Shown here piece after piece: positions 55,412-64,000 of a stretch of 64,000 bases of DNA (positions are counted from its first letter, which is position 1; each line of letters begins with the position of its first letter). Under the pieces are notes generated by a model that was not told where the DNA came from, did not search any database, and saw nothing but the letters and a program-made list of their open reading frames with translations. The position numbers were made by a program, and so were the translations under genes. Origin of the DNA: Octopus vulgaris (Eukaryota); contig OX597826.1 of the NCBI GenBank assembly GCA_951406725.2, positions 682,001 to 746,000 on the forward strand, read 5' to 3'.

Positions 55412-55416
<5 letters not shown>
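54782..55416 (+). mobile_element. Retrozyme-like / PLE pLTR-like non-coding element
   Basis: 105-bp inverted repeats (54782-54886, 55186-55290), 54-bp direct repeats (54889-54942, 55363-55416), internal HHR, (TA)n flanks. Confidence 0.75.
55105..55161 (+). ncRNA. Type I hammerhead ribozyme motif
   Basis: agttctg CTGATGA tcat...ac gtaa gt...atgt GAAA tcac t gtga TA cagaact; AUA site. Confidence 0.75.
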
Positions 55417-55465
<49 letters not shown>

Positions 55466-55890
55466 TATATGTATACATATACATATACACATATATATAT
55501 ATATGTATATATATATACATATATATATGTGTGTGTGTGTGTGTGTGGTAGAGGCACAATGGCCTAGTGGTTAGGGCAGCGGACTCGCGGTCGTAGGATC
55601 GCGGTTTCGATTCCCAGACCGGGCGTTGTGAGTGTTTATTGAGCGAAAACACCTTAAAGCTCCACAAGGCACCGGCAGGGGGTGGTGATCCCTGCTGTAC
55701 TCTTTCACCACTCTTTCTCCAACTCTTTCTTCTGTTGGCCTGCTCGCTTAGCCAGCGGGGTGGCGTCATTCGAAGGCTAAAACAATGCGAATGCATTGTG
55801 ACCAGCGATGTGTAACTACATCTGATGGACTGGTCGGTCACGTGATCACGTGATATATATATGAATATATATACATACAATATATATATC

Positions 55891-55967
<77 letters not shown>

Positions 55968-55970
<3 letters not shown>

Positions 55971-57253
55971 AAGGTAGACAAATCACAAATACCTTCAGGT
56001 AGATGGCCCTGCTCGATCTGTAGAAAAGGCGTAGGTAGAAACTCTATAAGATGCACCAAGTGTAAGCTATGGACACATAAGAAGGAAGGCTAACTAGGAA
56101 GATAGTTTTTGTATGTGGCAGATGCTCAGGAGCAATAAACACTGAAAATGCGCAGAGACCATCTTCCGCCACATTCCAGGGAGAAAAACTAGAAATAGTG
56201 GATAGCTTCTATTAACTAGGGGACCAAGTCAGTAGCAGGGGCGGGTGTGCTGAAAGTGTAACTGCTAGAGTAAGAATAGCCTGGGCAAAGTTCAGAGAGC
56301 TCTTACCTCTGCCGGCGACCAAAGGCCTCTCGCTCAGAGTAAAAGGCAGACTGTATGACGCATGTGTACAAACAGCCATGCTACATGGCAGTGAAACATG
56401 GGCCATGACTGCTGAGGATATGCGTAAGCTCGCAAGAAATGAAGCCAGTATGCTCCGATGGATGTGTAATGTCAGTGTTCATACTCGACATAGCGTAAGT
56501 ACCTCGAGAGAAAAGTTGGACCTAAGAAGCATCAGTTGTGGTGTGCAAGAGAGGCGTTTGCACTGGTATGGTCATGTGTCAAGAATGGATGAAGATAGTT
56601 GTGTGAAAAAGTGCCGCACCCTAGCGGTTAAGGGAACCTGTGGAAGAGGTAGACCCAGGAAAACCTGGGACGAGGTGGTGAAGCACAACCTTTGATCTTT
56701 AGGTCTCACCGAGGAAATGATCAGAGACCGAGACCTTTGGAAGTATGCTGTGCGTGAGAAGACCCGGCAGGACAAGTGAGGCCATAACCCGTGGCCTCTA
56801 CCTGGGATGTAGCCAGTCCACCTATGCATACCTTTCCTTCTTGGGACACAAAACTCTACTTGTGAAGACCTGCTGAGGCAAGTGAAAATCAAAATCGAAA
56901 TCGATCAACATTAATGGAATTTGTAGCTGTGATACCATTGCTTGTGGCATGTAAGAGAACCATCCGAACGTGACCACAGCCAGCGCCGCCCTGACTGGCC
57001 TCCTTGTCGGTGGCACGTAAAAAGCACCATCCGAGCGTGGCCGTTTGCCAGTCTCGTCTGTCACCTGTGTCGGTGGCACGTAAAAAGCACCCACTACACT
57101 CACAGAGTGGTTGGCGTTAGGAAGGGCATCCAGCTGTAGAAACACTGCCGGACCAGACTGGGCCTGGTGCAGCCTTCTGGCTTCCCAGACCCCAGTTGAT
57201 CTGTCCAACCCATGCTAGCATGGAAAGCGGACGTTAAACGATTATGATGATGA
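55968..57253 (+). mobile_element. 5'-truncated RTE LINE with PHD-like finger, 3' UTR and (GAT)n tail
   Basis: CSIC...CTKCKLWTH...CGRC; AWAKFREL; MLHGSETW; WYGHVSRM; RGRPRKTW. Confidence 0.92.
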
Positions 57254-57544
57254 TATATACACACATATATATGTGATTTGGGGTGTATGATTATATATAT
57301 ATGTTTTATGATCTAAAAGGCTCCAGCTAGGGCGTGGTTGAAAAAATCTTATGAATTCAAGCCATATTCATTTTTCAATAGAAATCTAATCTGTTTCTCC
57401 TCTAAATATTTAACTTTCTATATAAAGCGACAACGTGACTTAACTATGAAAATGAGAGGGAGAGACTAAGAGAGAGGGGGGAGGGGGAGAGACAGACGGT
57501 GGGGCGATAAAGCATAGAGAGATATAACAACGCAACAACTCTGA

Positions 57545-58192
57545 GAGTGTAGGGGGTGCTTTTACGTACGACTGGCACGAGGGCCAGTCAGGGGTATTGG
57601 CAATGGCCACACTCGAAACGGTGAATTTTACGTGCCACCTGCACAAAAGCCAATCAGCGGCTCTGGCAATGATCATGCTCGGATGGTGCTCTTAGTGCTC
57701 ACTGGATGGGTGTCAGTCATTGAATTTGCGAATTTGATTCAATTCCAATTTCACTTGTCTCAACAGGGCTTCGCAAGCAGAGTTTAGTGTCCAATGAAGG
57801 AAAGGTATGCATAACTGCGCTGGTTACACCCCTGGCATAGGCCATTTGGTTTGCTGGGTCTTCTCATGCACTGCATATTTCCAAAGGTCTCAGTCACTAG
57901 TCATTGCCTCGGTGAGGCCTAATGTTTGAAGGTTGTGCTTCACCACCTCATCCCAGGTCTTCCTGGGTCTACCTCTTCCACAGGTTCCCTCAACCACTAG
58001 GGTGTGGTACTTTTTCACACAGCTATCCTTATCCATTCTCACCACATGTCGATACCAGCGCATTCGTCTCTCTTGCACACCACATCTGATGCTTCTTAGG
58101 TCCAACTTTTCTCTCAAAGATGCTTACACTCTGTCGAGTATGCACACTGACATTACACATCCAGCGGAGCATACTGGCTTCATTCCTTGCGA
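57545..58192 (-). mobile_element. Second, inverted copy of the same RTE family
   Basis: LARNEASMLRWMC...RGRPRKTWDEVVKHNL. Confidence 0.9.
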
Positions 58193-58199
58193 GGCTGTT

Positions 58200-58986
58200 A
58201 CAAAAGGCCTTCAAGACAAACACAGAGAGAAATTTACTGAAATGGTCTTGATTCACCAAGGCAGTTCTCCAGGACACAAATCTGTTCCAATGGCTGCTGT
58301 GTTTAACAGTGGATTTGAACTTGTTGTCATCGATTTATCAATCCACCCTTAACAGAGCCAAATACACTCCGAATCTGGCCATTCTGCTGGTTTGCTGTCT
58401 ATTTGGTGTCAAATTTCTTTTCATTAGTGAACCCCAGTTAGGGCAGCGTGCTTTCAACAATCTCACGCATGATAAGACGATTCCTCTCCACTCTCGTGGC
58501 TTAATAAACTTGTGTGAGCTCATGACAATGGATCATCTTTTAGCGTTGGGTCCAGAGACCCTCCTTCAGTACTGGGATACATTGATGTTCAGATCATTTT
58601 TCTGAGGGAATGATGGAGATTTCACCATATATTCTCTCTGGTACTTATGATAAGCTGAGCGGTCTGCACATTGCTTTTTTGGCCACGTCCAGTGTGATCA
58701 GCCGTGGAACCAGTCTCTTGAAATTTCTTCACACTTTTCTTGACTGTTGTTCGGTTACTTTTAAGCATTTTTTGCTATAGTTGTATTACTTTCGCCTCCT
58801 TGAGGAGTATTATGATTGAATTTCGGTCTGTAGCCATTATCTAATCCATAAATCTGAATTTATTTAGTCTGAAGTAAACACAAGACACACTAAGCTTTTA
58901 CAATGATGTATAATTTTCATATCTTATCGCATCTATTGATTGTTATTAAAGTCCAAAATTGGGGGCCTTAATTTCGGAACACCCTG
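58200..58986 (-). mobile_element. Tc1/mariner-family remnant (N-terminal HTH part)
   Basis: TA-CAGGGTGTTCCGAAATT end; VKKFQETGSTADHTGRG. Confidence 0.6.
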
Positions 58987-59038
58987 TACACACACACATA
59001 CACATTATCATTATCTTCTTCTCTCTCTCTCCCATTCC

Positions 59039-59078
<40 letters not shown>

Positions 59079-59339
59079 ATATATATATATATATATACAT
59101 ACATACATATACAAATACACATACATAAATACATACATACAAACATAATTAATAATACCGATCCAGGAAATAGATGGTAAATGTTTTTATTTTTCATTCC
59201 CTTCGGGAATTTATCCCTAATTAGTGGTTTGGACTTTAGCTGTTCCTTCTAGTGTGAGGCAGTCCAATGATGGACACCTCTTATTGTGTTTAAATGTACA
59301 CTGTATTTTATACATACAAACATATGTACTCACCTACCA

Positions 59340-59520
59340 TATCAATGTAACACAATTTCTTTGTAGACGACCTGAAGATTTATACTAAAAGTGTGAACAA
59401 TGCTTAAAAACAACTGGAATTAATAACATTTTCAGCTGAGATAGGCATGGAATTTGGCCAAAACGAATGTTCAGATTTGGTTATAGAACAAGGAAAGTCA
59501 GTACCCAGAACCCAAACCAA
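59340..59520 (+). pseudogene. R4/Dong-like RT fragment
   Basis: DDLKIYTK...FSAEIGMEFGQNEC. Confidence 0.7.
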
Positions 59521-59542
59521 TGCATTACGGTCTCTCCCGCTT

Positions 59543-59607
<65 letters not shown>

Positions 59608-60102
59608 TTTTATGTATATACTCTTTACTCTTTTACTCTTTTACTTGTTTCAGTCATTTGACTGCAGCCATGCTGGAGCACCGCCTTTAGTCAAGCAAAT
59701 CAACCCCAGGACTTATTCTTTGTAAGCCCAGTACTTATTCTATCGGTCTCTTTTGCCGGACCGCTAAGTGACGGAGACGTAAATAGACCAGCATCGGTTG
59801 TCAAGCAATGCTAGGGGGACAAACATAGACACATAAACACATACACACACATACACATATATATACATCTATACGACAGGCTTCTTTCAGTTTCCGTCTA
59901 CCAAATCCACTTACAAATACACTTCCATAAATACATATGTACATACATACATACAGGTATAAAAACAGACATGCATACATAATTACATATATATACATAC
60001 ACGCATACATGTATAACAAAATATTATAGCAGAGTGTGTAAAGTAATATTTAAGTTAAGTGATTAACTTAAAACCAACTGGAATTAATTTCAACCATTTC
60101 AG

Positions 60103-60284
60103 CTGCTATTGCTAGACAGCCGTTCATCCGACCTTTCAACAGGTCTTGTTTTTAATTTTGTTGGGTTTCTAGCAACGCTCCTCATCTGGATATCCAGGTG
60201 GGGTTGCCAGTTTAGTCCTGACAACCCAACCATGCAACTGGTTGTACTGGATTCCATGTTACCAGCAGCACTTATGAGAGCCTT
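60103..60284 (+). CDS. Candidate internal host exon with a hydrophobic segment
   Basis: tttcag acceptor; open frame LLLLDSRSSDLSTGLVFNFVGFLATLLIWISRWGCQF...AALMRA; GTAAGT donor. Confidence 0.35.
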
Positions 60285-60756
60285 GTAAGTGACTTGACAT
60301 ACAGACAGACATACATAGGTACATACATACATATATATTTGCATACTTACAAACACATACATACAGACATACATACATGCATACATACAGACATACATAC
60401 ATATATACATGCATGCATACATACATACATGCATACACACATACATGCATACATACATACGTGCATAATACATATATACATACATACGCACATACATGCA
60501 TACATACATACAAACATACACACACATACATATATACATGCATACATAAATATATATGCACATACATACATGCAAACACACATACATACACATATATACA
60601 CACATACATATGCACCACCAGTTTTTGACGTATCAGTTTTCCGATTCAGTGTTTTGTCCGACATTTGAAATCATGATATAGTATATTTCTTCTTATTATA
60701 ATAAAAAGTTAAAATTTGAAAAATATAGGAATACTCATAATTTTTATCTAAAGTAT

Positions 60757-63700
60757 TTAAACGTTCGAGTTGTGGAATGTATGTAAGATAATTCCCAACT
60801 CCAGACGATTATTCAACAGATTTATATTACTCTGATGTTTTAAAATTTCATAAGTTTCCATAGAACAAAGTTGGCAACCTTCCCTACTATTTCTATAAGG
60901 TTTCGCCCTTCTAACTATATCCAATTTTAGGTTGAATCCTATATTATTTGTTTTTAGTTCCCAAATTTTGCTAGATAGTGTTGTGCAACCTGCCTTATGT
61001 TTAGGTCTAAAAGAGGAAAAATGATTGTTAAGACGTTTTTTAAAAGCCATCGAACATTCGAAATAAAGAAAGCTATTGTTAGAAGTTATTATCGTGCATT
61101 TATAAATTACGTTTTGGACCGAACAAGGACCAGATACCGGACATTTTGATCTAATCCTACAATTACAACTGGGGGGTTAGGGTTAGGGTTAGTATTCAGT
61201 TTTGGAATTAGTTAAGGATAGTTCTCTCACATTACTATTCTTTAAATTATTATTAGTATTAGTATTATTTTCATTATCAGTGATCATGTTGATATCCAAA
61301 TTAGGGTTACTATTTATTAATCCATCTTCACTATCATTCCCACCTACCATACTTTTACCTATATTGTTGGTATTGTTATTTTTACTATTTATATCAATGT
61401 TGTTATTATTATTATTATTATTATTATTGTTGTTGTTGTTGTTGTTATTTCTATTGTTGATGCTATTATTACAATTATTACTATTATCTTTGTTGTTACT
61501 ATTCATTCTACTCCTGGCTAACTTAATATTTGTACTATTAAGTCTAGCTATTATGGTAGCCATGTTTGGGAGGGTTGAATATGAAATTCTTACTGATCTC
61601 CTAGAAATTATTTTATGATATTTATGGGAGACTAGGAAATTTTTTCTAGTATAGATTTAAATCTAGCGTACATATTCGTCGAGATCGCCCAATTAAAGGG
61701 GATATTTAACCAAATGATATTTTCTCTTTTATATTTTTTGTATAAGTCCGAGTGGGAAGGATTTGTGTTATCAGTATTTGCACGAGAATTATTATTCCTT
61801 TTACTACTATTTTTATGCCTATCAGATTTATCTAGGTTGGCATTTTCATATTCACTTATTATCTGGTCCCTCACGTAACTGTGCCGGTGGCACGTAAAAA
61901 GCACCCACTACACTCATGGAGTGGTTGGCGTTAGGAAGGGCATCCAGCGGTAGAAACATTGCCAGATCAGACTGGGCCTGGTGCAGCCTTCTGGCTTCCC
62001 AGACCCCAGTTGCACCGTCCAACCCATGCCATCATACAAAGCGAACGCTAAACGATGATGATGATGATAATTTGGTTTATACACTAGGTTTTTCTTTTCC
62101 ATTAATTTATGTTTATGTAGGTATGAAAGTTATTATTACTTACGTCATTTATATTCACTTCATTATTTGGGAGGTTTGAACTATCCTTATCAAGAAAGGT
62201 GATTTCTTGGTCATATCCCGCATTGGATAATGCGATATTGTAATGGTTAGAGTGAGAGTTAAATATATCACTATTAGATGATAATTTTGAAATTCTTTGG
62301 GAAATATTTCTAACTAATGATTTTAGTATATTTGGGGGGTGATTAGATGATTTACTTACATATCTAGTGACCTCGCCCTCCTTTCTGAATGAGTAATGTG
62401 ACTTGAATTTAGGTCTAATGTAACATCTAGGAAATTAACTATATTAGTGTTAGGTTCATAAGTAATGCCTAGGTTAAAATATTTAAACAAATTTGTTAAG
62501 TTTTCTTTTTTATCCTCTCAATACTTGATTTACTATTGCTAGGTACAACGAACAAAGCATCATCCCTATATAGACCACCTTGTAACTCAGGGATATCCCT
62601 GTTTATGCATTTTAATAAGTATGCTCCTACCAGATTCGTTATCTCCGCTGAGTCACTAGAGCCCATAGGTATATCAAAATGATTAGGGGTATCCGCCCTA
62701 GTCCATAATTTACCTTCGAATTCAATGATAGTTTTTCTAGCTAATAGGATTATGTCAATTTCTTCTCTAGATATGTGAGAGCGATTCATAGCAAAAATAA
62801 GCGATTTATTTAGTAGAATGGGGGATATACTTGAATAGTAATTGTTAATATCAAATTGGATAAAATAAATTCTATTAGTGTTATCTAGAGATTTTAACCA
62901 ATCTATCACTTCATCTGTATTAATCCATAGACTCAAGGGGAGATTAGGAATTATATGGGGTAGAATATTGTCCAATATAGATTTGCTAAGTCGGCCAATG
63001 TCCGACTTTGTTGGACATATGAGTCTTACCGAGGGGTTTTCTAAGAAATCTTTCTTATGGTCCTTAAGATTGATCCTGGGTTCACATGGTATAAGATCAC
63101 TTTTATTAAATTAAACTTTTTGTAAGATCACTTTTATTAAATTAACGAGAATAATGGACCCACCTGGCATAATTTCATATCGTCAACCAATAGTGCCACA
63201 CCTGAGATGTTAGTCACGTTGTGATTGAGAAATCGGTCAACATAAATATTACTTTACACATCCTGCTATCATATTTTCTTATGCAACAATCAATTTCTAT
63301 CCTGTTTCTTTATTTTGAGTTCGTTTCAAATATTAAAAAAAAATTTTATCATGATAGTTTGGTCCGTTCTATCGGTCAGATCGTAATTCACCATAACTTT
63401 TTTGATTTCTAAATTGATCTCTCTCAAGTTTTTCTTCGTTGTTACTTTATACCTTAAGTTTAGTTCCTTTCTAATGAGTTTGCTGTAAGTCGCGTAATCC
63501 ATTCTGTAAAGATTTCGAGTTTTGTCGGCTGGGACAAGGATCCCCTATTTATTTTGAATAGATTTAATGAAATCCTTTAGATGTTAAAGGTTTGGATTGT
63601 ATCTCAGTTGATGCTCCTTGAATTTTATATTTGTGATAAGGTCCAGTAGATCTTTTTCAATGCTTTCAAGCAATGGGTTCGGAGGTGGGCTCTTCCTACT

Positions 63701-63880
63701 TCTAAAACTCTTTTTGTAATTATTATCCAGGTGTGTTAGTTGAGGGTCTTTTTCCTGTTTGGTATCGTAGTGGTAAGTAATCCATCTAATTCTTCGGATA
63801 AATTCATTGGTTCTGTGGACCAACAGCCATATGTATTCGCCCTTACTATGTAAGGGGATATCCTTTAAATAAAAATTATG
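60757..63880 (-). mobile_element. Near full-length decayed Penelope-like element, RT + C-terminal GIY-YIG (Hydra-like, tentative)
   Basis: FIRRIRW; QFDINNYYSSIS; PMGSSDSAE; GLYRDD; IIWLNIPF; CNCR...CP..G.C; FKKRLNNH...CQLCSME. Confidence 0.92.
61878..62070 (+). mobile_element. RTE 3' UTR-only copy inserted into the PLE
   Basis: Matches 57065-57253; (GAT)n tail. Confidence 0.88.
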
Positions 63881-64000
63881 AGTATTCCTATATTTTTCAA
63901 ATTTTAACTTTTTATTATAATAATAAAAAGAAATATACTACACTAGCCTTCAACTTAACTTTCATAGATGATTAGAAAAACTTCACTGTAAACTTGAAAT

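Noticed and set aside
63091-63145. 23-bp direct repeat as a target-site duplication
   Set aside because: Copies are nearly adjacent: a local tandem duplication at a deletion/insertion junction in the PLE

Overview
Eukaryotic, AT-rich, microsatellite-saturated DNA whose repeat make-up resembles an octopus/cephalopod genome (inference, not verified). No complete host gene is visible, and almost all long ORFs in the track are translated microsatellites. The window is mostly transposon remnants: a full-length mariner, maT/Tc1 remnants, nested non-autonomous Helitrons plus a PIF1-helicase fragment, Tx1/L1, CR1-like, RTE and R4/Dong-like LINE pieces, three tRNA-SINE families, and at least six Penelope-like element (PLE) remnants. 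The main signal beyond ordinary annotation is six readable type I hammerhead-ribozyme (HHR) motifs with palindromic or near-loopless helix III, plus degenerate ones. Two lie in non-coding units of identical geometry: (TA)n, an inverted copy of the post-ribozyme segment, then the HHR unit. One of these has a 54-bp terminal direct repeat defining a 474-nt monomer, suggesting retrozyme-like or PLE-pLTR circular-RNA elements. Three weak candidate host exons and one X-box/CCAAT promoter-like patch are noted at low confidence.
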